Below, piece after piece: positions 26,015 through 36,691 of a stretch of DNA of 64,000 nt. Numbering within the stretch: position 1 is the first letter of the stretch; each line of letters starts with the position of its first letter. Below the pieces are notes generated by a model that was not told the DNA's origin, ran no database searches, and saw nothing but the letters and a program-made list of their open reading frames with translations. A program made the position numbers and the translations under genes. Source of the DNA: Picochlorum sp. SENEW3 (Eukaryota); NCBI GenBank assembly GCA_034226945.1, contig CP120459.1, forward strand, positions 806,001-870,000, in the 5' to 3' direction.

Positions 26015-27333
26015 CTATTGAATGATTTCTTTGTCATTGTTGGCATCCTTCTCAGGCTCGCCTTTTGCTCCCTTGTCGCCATCTTCTTCTTCTTCATCCT
26101 CTTTGGGCGCTGCTTTCTCTTTCTCCAATATTTTTCGGACCTCTTCGTCAGGATTTCTAATCATATTTCTCCACTTATCTTTCAAATCTACTTGATTACG
26201 CCGACTCAGTACATTTGCATGCTCTCTCAAGATTTCTGACCAGTGCCCAACACCATGTTTCATACAGCCCTTCTTGAGTGCCCTGACTTCCCTATCCGTC
26301 CACCGACGATTCTGCACAGAAGAGAAAAAGTTGCACAATATTAGACATGGAATCAGATGCGTATCGGAAAATGCAATGGTCGTACAGGTCGACGCTTTGC
26401 CTTGGGGGACTTTCTCTCCTGACTCAACATGGCTCTCTTTGCAGCTCTTGCTTGTTTTCTCTCCGAATCATCGGATTGCTGCTGCACAAGAGTAATCAAA
26501 CTTTCAACTTTGCTCTTGAAATCATCATTCTGTTGTGGAGACATGGAATTCAAAATCTCCATGAGTGCATAATGATCCTCTGCAGGCATATTTTTCTTCT
26601 CCGGGGTAGTTTCCTCTGGCAATTGGAGTGCTTTTCCAGGGCTATCTGGCTCTCTCATCGCTAAATCAGATATACGCTCATTTGGATGAAACTTGCCTAT
26701 TGGATACCCACCAGAAGCAATATCACCGAGTACAACCCGTATTGCTGGTTTGCCTAGGACATCCAAACATGATTCTGCAAATGCCTGCACTTGCCCAACC
26801 ACAGATGTTCCAGACACAATTCTATTAATATATTCTCTACGATCCTCTTGAGTAGCTGCCATCAAGCATTCTTCAAATCGAGGTTGGTGCGCCGGTGGAA
26901 TCGCAGATCCAGCACCAAACACTTGATACACAAATTGCAAGGCATCAGACGAGGACACTGTGGGATTCTTTGTCCAGAATTCAGCAACCAATGCAGTCTT
27001 CACATTCAATACCAGGTCTGACGTAGGGCAAAGAATTCTCAGATCCTCCGAAGATACATTCTTCGGACAAAGCCCCTGGTGCTCCCATTGCTTCACCAAT
27101 GTTGTCAGAGAATCCAGCAACCCAAGCGTATCCATGTTTAATTCAACATCCCGTTTCAATCCATTCACAACCATTCGATACTTGAGCGATTCTGGATATG
27201 ATCCAGGAGGGTGTAATGCATCCTGAGGCAATCTATTCACCAAATCCAGAAAGAGTGGTCGTGGAAAATGTGGCGCATCACACAGGGCCTCCAAGCACCA
27301 GACGAGAAGCGAACTCTCCTCGTTGTCTGACAT
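26015..27333 (-). CDS. TRF-like protein with a C-terminal telobox Myb domain; exons 27333-26386, 26311-26015
   Basis: RRWTDREVRALKKGCMKHGVGHWSEIL...RRNQVDLKDKWRNM (telobox LKDKWRN); intron 26312-26385 keeps the frame. Confidence 0.85.
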
Positions 27334-28115
27334 TATACCACGCCGGTCATGCAGTGTTCTACTGCTTTTTTCTTCTTCCTCTTACAAAGTTGCTGGCGTG
27401 CTCATGCACGCAAAGGAATAAAGCTGACCCGCGACTGCTTGTGAGAACACTGCTTCTCGTCTAAACAGACTAGCACCAACCAACGAAGGCAAAATCTTCC
27501 ACGGATAAAGGATTCAACTCTCTCGTACACTCAAATTTTTTAAGCAAATGATCTTTTGAAATATAGTTGAATAGATACAGACGTGGCGAACAGAGAGGGA
27601 AAAGAATGTTTAGGTTTGGGGGTTCAATGTCAACCCTGGACCTCCCGAACAGCCGTCTCCACAAATACTGCCACTCCTACACTGTCAGCAATGTAGAAAC
27701 AGATGTATGAAAAATTTAGATCGTAATCCTATGGGTTTCAGATCATATTCATTACCCTACAGATGTAGGGTAAATGGTCATGACCAGATGCTGTTGTTAC
27801 CCTAGCCACGGACAGACTGGTAATGGTTTTGGACTCGGTCAAAGGATGTATTTGATAGGACCATACTACTAGAAACGAAGAGAGATGGTATATATTATTC
27901 TACCTTTCAAATAGACTCTTTGATAGAAGAATCATTTGCATCATCTACATCGAGAGTCAGAACATGAATATTGTCTTGCTGTTTTTTTATTTAGAGAGAG
28001 AAAGGGGGGGAGAGAATTGACAGACAAGAACTTCTTCTTCTTCTACTCACAGATCATCATCATGACAACTATCCATATAGTGGGGTTGCGATAGATTTCG
28101 AACGAATTTGACATT

Positions 28116-29018
28116 ATGAGCGCTCATGGGCAGAAAAGTCAAGCAAACGTTCCCATTACGGCGACAGGGTGTCTTGAACGGGATGGGAAATTAATTGGAT
28201 CTCTTCATCCTCAGGCTCCATTCAGTGGGGGCATTGAGAGTGTTGTGGAAGCGTTGCTTCCGTATCATGCTCTTGCGAAGGATGTTGTGTTGGACAGTGA
28301 TTATGAGTATTCAACGGCGTTGACAGGTGAGCGTGAGAAATATCAGAGGAGATCTGATAATCTTCACGAGTCAAAGGGCCATGCGTCTGTGCGTCGAATT
28401 CTGGGGAGTCGACACGATGTGTGGGAAGCTGGAGTTGCAAAGAGGATATCGAGGCTGAGGCGCCGATTGGGGAAGATGGCGTCGAGAGTGAAGGATTTAG
28501 AGAATAGAAAAGTAGAAGATAAAATGTGTGAGATGATTTTACACGTGAATGATGCTTCTGTGGCGTGTTATTCGTTGCTTGCAAGGGAACGGGAGGTTGC
28601 GGTAAGGGCAAGAGCAGCGGCCATGGCGGAGGAACAAGCACGGCGTCAGGCGTTGGAGTTGGAAAGGAAGAAGAAATTAGAGGAAGAGAAGGCTGCTTCT
28701 GTGAAGGTTGAGGAGGGAACGAAAATTTCTTTGAAACCGAAAGGGTCTATTAAATTGAAATTAGTGTCAAGCAAGCCACAGGGTGGTGTGCCTTTGCAGA
28801 GTGCCCCAGTGGCGTCGGAGGGTAAGGCGGTGTCGGGGGTGACGTCTCATTATGAGTCGATGCATTCTGGGTCAGACGCGGAGGAGGCTGATACGGTGCC
28901 TCCACATACGGACAAGAGTGATGCACCGCCACAAAATAACAATGCAAGTAATGGTGGTGCAGCAGCACAGCAGAGTGGAAAGTTTAAACTGTATGCAATG
29001 CTTAATAAAAAACTGTAA
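28116..29018 (+). CDS. GLTSCR1-domain protein (BICRA/BRIP-like SWI/SNF-associated)
   Basis: PFSGGIESVVEALLPYHAL resembles the GLTSCR1 signature PF..xxDAxxRLLPYH; followed by coiled coil and a low-complexity tail. Confidence 0.6.
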   Translation: MSAHGQKSQANVPITATGCLERDGKLIGSLHPQAPFSGGIESVVEALLPYHALAKDVVLDSDYEYSTALTGEREKYQRRSDNLHESKGHASVRRILGSRHDVWEAGVAKRISRLRRRLGKMASRVKDLENRKVEDKMCEMILHVNDASVACYSLLAREREVAVRARAAAMAEEQARRQALELERKKKLEEEKAASVKVEEGTKISLKPKGSIKLKLVSSKPQGGVPLQSAPVASEGKAVSGVTSHYESMHSGSDAEEADTVPPHTDKSDAPPQNNNASNGGAAAQQSGKFKLYAMLNKKL

Positions 29019-29039
29019 CAGTGTGCGTTACTATACACA

Positions 29040-30137
29040 TTATTGGATTTCTTCAACAACACATCTATCCACCAAATCCTGAGCAATATCCTTTTCTTCC
29101 TCTGTTGCATGGGTCTCCTCCTTCTGTTCGTCAGTAGGTTGTTGGACACCATCTTGGAGGAAGAATTCTGCAGCTCCTTCCATGGCTTCGCACACGACTG
29201 GATTTTCTTCGTCTTCGTAGCCCGTTTTTAGGAGATCAACAGCATTCATTTTCCATAATTTGGTCCGTACAATATCAGACTTTGCCAGGCAATAGACACC
29301 TTCCGCCAACAACTCCCTCACATCATTCTCTGCTTTTTTCTTTGTATATCCAGTGCCACATAATGCGGCGAGGATGACATTCAAAGCTTCTTCTTCTTCT
29401 ACAATATTCTCCTCTGTCCCGTCTTCTTCACAGCAGAAGAAGCAGTTCTTTATCGCTCCAGCGCATCCCGTACGTCTCAGAGCATTACTAGAATCTAATT
29501 GAGAAGCGAGTGCCTGCAACGCACCCCTCCCAGGCTCCAATACGACTTGCCTACCTTGCTTGAACACAGTCACATTGGGCAGTATCGAGGCAACATGCTC
29601 ATACACATCACCTTTCTCTGATTTCTCAGCCGTCTCTTTCATGAAATGACCGAGTAAGAATGCTAAGTGCAGTCCTTCTTTGGGACCTTCTCCAATCTGC
29701 AACAACTGCGCCGCGCCTCTCTCCACAGATGTCATATTTGCCAAGAGCATAATAAGCAATTGCTCATTCCCTGGACAGGTCTTCTCCCGTACATAATCCA
29801 TGCATCTATTTGGCATTTTCATATCCAACAAGGTGTCCAGCACTCGTGGCTCTTGAGACATATTCACCACGGATGTCAGCGCTGCTTTTGACAAGGTCTT
29901 TTCCTTGGGAACAAACTGAAGCAAAGAAGGAATCAATTCATCCCGTTTATTCGCTAATCTTTGGACTATTTGTTGCTCTACAGTCAATCCCTGAATAAGT
30001 TTCAAAGCATGGATCTGAATTTTAACCGTATCATGCTTTAAAAATAAAATTAAATCGTCAATGTCCTTGTCCTCAATTGGTGCAGGACATGCAGCCTCCT
30101 CAGTCATGTTTCCACCACTGCCACTATTCTCTCCCAT
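29040..30137 (-). CDS. HGH1: HGH1 (FAM203) armadillo-type eEF2 chaperone
   Basis: MLLANMT, YEHVASILPNVT..GRQ, RRTGCAGAIKNCFF, C-terminal YEDEENPVVCEAME. Confidence 0.8.
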   Translation of the reverse strand: MGENSGSGGNMTEEAACPAPIEDKDIDDLILFLKHDTVKIQIHALKLIQGLTVEQQIVQRLANKRDELIPSLLQFVPKEKTLSKAALTSVVNMSQEPRVLDTLLDMKMPNRCMDYVREKTCPGNEQLLIMLLANMTSVERGAAQLLQIGEGPKEGLHLAFLLGHFMKETAEKSEKGDVYEHVASILPNVTVFKQGRQVVLEPGRGALQALASQLDSSNALRRTGCAGAIKNCFFCCEEDGTEENIVEEEEALNVILAALCGTGYTKKKAENDVRELLAEGVYCLAKSDIVRTKLWKMNAVDLLKTGYEDEENPVVCEAMEGAAEFFLQDGVQQPTDEQKEETHATEEEKDIAQDLVDRCVVEEIQ

Positions 30138-30460
30138 CCTGCTATGTGTGTCTATAAATATGGATATATTTCTATTTCAATGTGGTATGAAACGCATGGA
30201 ATGTCATCATGATGACCAAAAAGTGCATGCATGTATGGTACTGTGAGATGGTACTGTGACAACCACCATCCCTCACCATCTTGGCCCATCGTTTTACGAT
30301 TTGATGGGAAGCGATCACAAGTCTACCATGTGTGGCCAGAGGACACAAGACCTCTCCATCCAACTACAAGATGGGGCACGATAGCCCCCTCTACCAGGTT
30401 AGAATTCTTATAGTACCATCACAGGAGCATAATCAGTCTAGCACGAGGTAAACGGCGACA

Positions 30461-31408
30461 ATGAATACTCACGTCGTGACGGCACCCACGGTAGCCTTGG
30501 CCCCTCAGCGCCTCGCTACCGGCAAGTATGGACAGCAGATGTCCCTTCCATGCTCTCATTTAGTAAAATGTGGCAAATCTATCCACCGCGAGAGCAAAAT
30601 GCTGGCAATGCGTGTGAGTGCTGCGGCTGTGGACCTGGAGGCGCTCGAGGCGGAGACTGTCGGTGCTGCCGAGCCAGTTGGAATGGTGCCAAAACGCAGG
30701 AATGTTTCGAGAAGATATAAAACTGAATTTGCAAAGGTTCCAGGAAAGACTACCGCATTGGCACCAAAAGAAGCAATCGAGCTCGTCTTGTCGACTGCCT
30801 CTGCCAAGTTCACAGAGACGGTGGAATTGCATGCAAAGCTCAACATCGATCCAAAGTATGCCGATCAGCAACTTCGTGCTACTGTATCTTTACCAAATGG
30901 AACAGGAAAGGAGTCCCGTGTGGCTGTTGTGTGCCAGGGAGATAATGAGAAGATTGCCAAGGAGGCGGGGGCTGATTATGCTGGAGGAGAGGAGTTGATT
31001 CAGCAGATTGAGGAAGGACTTATGGACTTTGATAAATTGGTGGCAACCCCAGATATGATGCCTAAGATTGCCAAGCTCGGTCGCCAATTGGGACCACGTG
31101 GGTTGATGCCAAATCCAAAGGCCGGAACTGTGACTACTGATGTGGCTGCCGCCGTCAAGGATTTCAAGGGAGGTAAAGTAGAATACAGGGCTGATAAAGC
31201 AGGAAACGTGCATGTTGGATTCGGAAAGGCGTCATTCTCAGCTGATGCTTTGGTTCAAAATCTGAAGGCAATCCAGGAGAGTATGGATGCAAACAGGCCA
31301 GCTGGTGCCAAGGGAGTGTACTGGAAAACATTGACAGTGTGCTCCACCATGGGACCAGGAATCCGCGTTAATTATGGAGCTTTAAGGGATATGGCAACTC
31401 AGGAGTAG
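30461..31408 (+). CDS. rplA: Plastid 50S ribosomal protein uL1
   Basis: [47 protein letters not shown]; transit peptide. Confidence 0.96.
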   Translation: MNTHVVTAPTVALAPQRLATGKYGQQMSLPCSHLVKCGKSIHRESKMLAMRVSAAAVDLEALEAETVGAAEPVGMVPKRRNVSRRYKTEFAKVPGKTTALAPKEAIELVLSTASAKFTETVELHAKLNIDPKYADQQLRATVSLPNGTGKESRVAVVCQGDNEKIAKEAGADYAGGEELIQQIEEGLMDFDKLVATPDMMPKIAKLGRQLGPRGLMPNPKAGTVTTDVAAAVKDFKGGKVEYRADKAGNVHVGFGKASFSADALVQNLKAIQESMDANRPAGAKGVYWKTLTVCSTMGPGIRVNYGALRDMATQE

Positions 31409-31504
31409 AAAATTTTATGCTCGTAGAATAGGATCATCATCATAGGTATCAATGTCACACGAAATGTAATGTGTTCTCACCACAGACAAAAATTGGCAGC
31501 AAAT

Positions 31505-32737
31505 CTATTCTACAGGGCCAAGCTGAATGCCTTGCCATCTCTTCTCAGCCGCACTCTGCGCCCTACTCGCCCGCTGATTACTTGGAGAATCAGTATCGTC
31601 ACTGTCCTTTCTCAAATACTTCCCCATGGCAGTTGGCTCCCGAGGAGCATCATCCCAATTGCTCATTTCAACATCATACAACAACCCATCATCATTATCA
31701 GGGGTACCCAAACCTTGTTTCATCTTCGCTGTTCCATCCGAATACAGCACATAATTTTGGTATGTTGGAGCGAATTGATGCATCGTGTCTGTCACAACAT
31801 CCCCAAGAGACATGGCATGGCCAACAGCATCTCGTCCCAATCCAACAGAGTCTGATGCAAACTCCTTCCATGGGAACGCGAACAGCATGAATATCGCTGC
31901 TGGAAGCATTTCCACGCATGTCATAAAGTTCTGCACGGCGTTCCCATCTTCAGCAGAATATATCAATCCCGCACCCACCATGATGGAAATAAGAAGCCCC
32001 TGCCAGTACGTCAGAAAAATAACAGACTTGACCAAAATGAACTTCAGCAACGGTCTAAACGGTTCTAATAACTCATGAGTTCCCACATAGAATAACAAAA
32101 GCGCATACAATGCTACTGTATACGTTATATTATAGACAATGGTGATCCACAGGTAACTTCCTGATGGCGACCAATTCCCTTCATCATAATTACCCGTGGC
32201 ATATAACACTAGGGTCAGCACAGCTAAGATTGGTTTCAAAAAAACAAATTGCAAAGCTCCTCGCTTCACATTTCTAATAAACTGCCCATTCACTTGCATA
32301 GGAGGCAGACAGCATGTACATGCTGCCCAGGATGGCATCAGCACAACCCCTTGCATTTTAATCTCAACAGCCCCAGGACCTCCCACGTACTCCAGACACA
32401 AAGACATGAAATTATAAATAATCCATGCTTCGTAGCAATCACGAGCCGTCGCAATATATATCGCTGCATCCTGTGCAACCAGGGATGCAAATGAACAAAT
32501 GGCATACACAGGCACCAAGAAGATGATTCTAATAATGTACCGCTGAAACATAGGCTCTGTATAGTTCCTTAAATGTTGCACAATCTGCATCGATAGAAAA
32601 AGTAGTAGTGCGTTATGAAAGACGACTACAGTAGTGCATGGTAGAGTTCGTACCTGGAAAATGCCAATCAGGGCTGCAATCAAAGCACACACCCCAGCAA
32701 GCACTGCTGCACCCGTGGAGGTGAAGAAAAAACCCAT
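31505..32737 (-). CDS. TMEM184/OST-alpha family transporter (LAZ1-like); probable intron 32585-32653
   Basis: HLRNYTEPMFQRYIIRIIFLVPVYA, RDCYEAWIIYNF, KFILVKSVIFLTYWQG, VEMLPAAI. Confidence 0.9.
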   Translation of the reverse strand: MGFFFTSTGAAVLAGVCALIAALIGIFQVRTLPCTTVVVFHNALLLFLSMQIVQHLRNYTEPMFQRYIIRIIFLVPVYAICSFASLVAQDAAIYIATARDCYEAWIIYNFMSLCLEYVGGPGAVEIKMQGVVLMPSWAACTCCLPPMQVNGQFIRNVKRGALQFVFLKPILAVLTLVLYATGNYDEGNWSPSGSYLWITIVYNITYTVALYALLLFYVGTHELLEPFRPLLKFILVKSVIFLTYWQGLLISIMVGAGLIYSAEDGNAVQNFMTCVEMLPAAIFMLFAFPWKEFASDSVGLGRDAVGHAMSLGDVVTDTMHQFAPTYQNYVLYSDGTAKMKQGLGTPDNDDGLLYDVEMSNWDDAPREPTAMGKYLRKDSDDTDSPSNQRASRAQSAAEKRWQGIQLGPVE

Positions 32738-33305
32738 CTTCGCTGAACAATGAGTCTCTCTCTACTCTATAAAAACAATACGCATGAATAAATCCACCTC
32801 TGATGGCTCGCCAAAGACAACCTGAGGACACACAAGGACAGTCGTTTCTCCGCGGTGTTGTCAACAGGTTGAAGCCCAACTCACAAGATCCCTTTCTTTC
32901 CTATACCAATTGAATACAATGTATCGAAAAGAATGCATGAGAAACTAAGAATAGTCACCACGGCGTGGTCCGCGTGAGTTTGCCGTTGTACTTTGACAAT
33001 TCTCACCCGCGTTTTGCCTCTATCTGACTCAATATCGAGGTAAACTGGGTGTCAGGTTCTTTACACAATTATTGGAATATCTCCTGTATCTCAGTGGGTG
33101 CGCTGAGCTCATCTATTGCCATGGAAACAGGATCAAGTCTTTTTAAGGAAACGGTTCAAACCCATGTTGAATAAAAAACACTCATATCCTATCAACGTAT
33201 CCATTTGATGGGACGTATCGCGCAGATGTGGTTTCAATATCTTTGAAAGATCTTTCGCCCCATTGATTCCATGTGATTGTTCAAATATATAGATATTTTT
33301 TCATC

Positions 33306-35109
33306 ATGATGCAACAGAGTACTATTATGAGGTCAAGCATGCCATGCGGCACCCGTGCTGCTGTGAAAGTGATGGCAAAACAACCATCTTTCGGAGTGGT
33401 GAGATGTGCAGGAATCCAGGGATCTGCTCAGAAAATGACCCTTGCTGGACGTGTTGCGAAGATCAATGAGAATGGTGATCGCAGAACGGGGGTTTGCAAT
33501 GTTGCCCGACCAACTGGTGCTGGCGGGGATATCGTGGTCGCTGCTGCTGCGCCTTCTGATGGTATGTGCGGGTTTTTCCGATTACTATATTAATTTATCA
33601 TATCCTGATATAGGGTGTATGAGGGATTGGGATCACGGTGAGGAGGGTTTCTGAGCAGTAGGGTACATTTCTTGTGTGTATGCAGGAGGTATCAAGTGGG
33701 GAGCTGATTTGAAGAAATTGGCCACGTGTGTTGGAATTGCTGCTGTGATATGGAATATTCCACCACCCGAGGGAGTGGCGTTGCAGGCGTGGCATTTGCT
33801 GTCCATCTTTTTGGGAACAATTGCTGGAATCATCACCCAGCCTCTTCCTCTCGGAGCCGTGGCTATGCTTGGTTTGGGAGCGACAATGATGACCAAGACT
33901 CTCACATTTTCTGCTGCATTTTCTGCGTTTGCCAGTGAGATTCCATGGCTTATTGCCATTGCTTTCTGGCTCTCAGGAGGTTTCATTCGCTCTGGATTGG
34001 GAGCCCGCATTGCATATAGCATTGTGTCTCTGTTCGGACAGACAACAATCGGACTCACATACTCGCTCGTGTTTGCTGAGGCATTGTTAGCACCAGCAAT
34101 TCCTTCTGTAGCAGCTCGTGCTGGAGGTTTGTTCCTTCCATTGGCCAAGGCATTGTGCTTGGCATGCGGATCTGACCCAGAGAAGGGTACAGAGAAGAAG
34201 ATGGGAGCATATTTGATGATGACATGCTTCTTGTGCACCACAGTATCATCAGGAATGTTCATTACAGCAATGGCTGCAAATCCTCTTGCCGTCAACCTGG
34301 CAACCGAGGCATTGGGATCAACCATTTCATGGGGAACATGGGCCATGTCTGGTTTTGTGCCAGGGCTGACATGCTTGCTCCTCACACCTGCCTTGATGTA
34401 CATTTTGTATCCACCAGAAGTGAAAGATACTCCAGATGCTCCAGAAAAGGCCAAGGAAGAGCTTGCAAAGCTCGGACCAATGAGCACAGATGAAAAGATT
34501 ACTGCTGGGGCATTGGGTATTACAGTCCTCCTGTGGGTGTTTGGATCTTCAGTGGGTGTGAATGCTGTTGCCGCTGCATTGACTGGTCTTTCCATTCTTT
34601 TGATTACCGGTGTCGTGTCATGGAAGCAGTGCTTGTCTGACAACCAGGCTTGGGACACCTTGACCTGGTTTGCTGCCCTGATTGCCATGGCAGCATACCT
34701 GAACAAGTATGGTTTCATCGCATGGTTCTCAGAGAAGGTTGTTGGTGTTGTTGGAGGCCTTGGATTGAGCTGGCAGGCAGCATTCGGTCTCATTACAACC
34801 TTGTACTTTTATTCTCACTACTTCTTTGCCTCTGGAGCTGCCCACATTGGCGCCATGTACACTGCCTTCTTGTCAGTGGCCATTGCCTGTGGTACACCAG
34901 GCCTGTTGGCAGCTCTTGCATTGGGACAGTTGTCCAACGTGATGGGTTGCCTGACAACATACGGTATTGGATCCGCCCCACCATTCTATGGCACAGGATA
35001 TGTACCACAGGCCAAGTGGTACCAGTGGGGATTCCTCTTCTCCGTGGTGTACCTGTCCATCTGGCTTGGCGTAGGAGGTGCTTGGTGGAAGGTACTCGGC
35101 CTCTGGTAA
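33306..35109 (+). CDS. DIT1: Plastid 2-oxoglutarate/malate translocator (DASS family); exons 33306-33561, 33686-35109
   Basis: AWHLLSIFLGTIAGIITQPLPLGAV, APAIPSVAARAGG, TAMAANPL, HYFFASGAAHIGAMY, GGAWWKVLGLW; transit-peptide exon. Confidence 0.92.
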
Positions 35110-35256
35110 AGAGCCGTCATCGGCCTTGATGAATGGAAATGAGATTCCAACTCATTGTGAATTGTCCTTTTTCAAAGAGAAGAGAAGGAAAGAGAGGTCA
35201 TGAGAGATTTTCTTTCTTCTCTGTTTTTACACAAGATAATGTAATCAACACATAAC

Positions 35257-36409
35257 TCAATTACTATGAGCAAACTCAACACCCTTGTCAATAGAAGACT
35301 TGAGCTCTGGCATCATGGCCTTCAATCCAGCCTGCTCGTACTCATTGAGCTCCCCAAGTCCATACACTTCCTCCACACCGTGACGTCCCAACTTGACTTT
35401 GCTGCTGAAGAATGGCAAATCAGTGACAGAAGAAGCAACATATGAGCATTCAATAACATCTTCATCTCCATTCAAACCTCTAAGGCACGCATCAGCGAAC
35501 AAGGCTCCAGCATAGGCCATGGACAAGGTTGCAGATCCCTTACCAGCCTTTGCCTGCACAACTTCAGTTCCTCCATCCTGAGTTCTCTTGGTGAGAGCAT
35601 CAATCACATCAGCACTCAAAGGATTTGTTGGGTTTGGCACAGCCTGGGAGAACAATGGAAGAATAGTCACTCCGGCATGCCCTCCAATCACAGGAATATC
35701 CACCCTTTCAACATCCACGCCAGCCTTTTCTGCATAAAAGGTCTTGGCACGGACAACATCAAGCGTTGTCACTCCCAAAACACGCTTTTCGTCATACACT
35801 CCCATCTTCTTCAGAGTCTCAGCGGCGATTGGAACTGTAGAATTCACAGGGTTGGAGATGATGTTCAATAATGCTTTTGGGCAATGCTTTCCACACGCCT
35901 CAACCAACGATTTGACAATACCAGCATTGATCTTGAACAAATCATCACGAGTCATTCCAGGTTTTCTTGGAACTCCTGCTGGAATAATCACCACATCAGC
36001 GCCCTCCAAAGCAGCGCCAAGCTCATCCTCCCCGGCATATCCCTTTACAGAGGCCTTGGAGTTGATGTGGGACACATCAGCAGCTACTCCAGGGGTCCCA
36101 GCAATATCATACAGAGACAGTTCAGATACATATGGAGACAGCTTCATCAAAAGAGACAGTGGCTGTCCAATTCCTCCTGCAGAAAATCAACCAGAGATGA
36201 GAATGAGAATCCAGGGCAACAGATCGATCGCGGGCCGTCTCAAATCTCGCAGAGATCTCCCATCATGCTCAAACCTAATGACTTTTATATCATAAAATCG
36301 TACCTGCAGCTCCCAAAACAGCCACCTTGCGCTCTGGAAGAGAACCAGACGCAAAACTTCGTGTGCCCAACTTCAAGGCTTCCTTTCCGGCGCGAACTAA
36401 TGCATTCAT
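35257..36409 (-). CDS. MDH: NAD malate dehydrogenase, mitochondrial; exons 36409-36304, 36176-35257
   Basis: Presequence [36 protein letters not shown] across the intron; [31 protein letters not shown]. Confidence 0.95.
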
Positions 36410-36691
36410 CGTGACTCGATGTATTAAATAAAGTATTTATAATATAGTTTTGCCCTCGATGGAGCATCAGAGTCGTTTGATTGCACACCAAGGGCTGATC
36501 CAGAAGTCAATCTTTCTCACGGTTTGATACTCCCATTAAAGGCGCCGTTGACAGGGGTTTATTGAAACAAGAATGGCCAACGCCCTGTGCCATGAATGAG
36601 GCATCTTTAGACCTTAAAGCGCACCTATATGTTCAATTGGTGCTACTAATACGTTCCATATATTCCTTAGCCTCGACCGTTGTGGCCAATC

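Noticed and set aside
27608..27622. Telomere-like TTTAGGTTTGGGGG beside the TRF-like gene; considered as a telomerase RNA template
   Set aside because: Not a perfect 1.5-repeat template, and I could not identify a Pol III promoter or conserved structure.
33633..34793. 386-aa antisense ORF over DIT1, and many other shadow ORFs in the track
   Set aside because: Antisense or alternate-frame by-products of codon bias in clearly identified genes.
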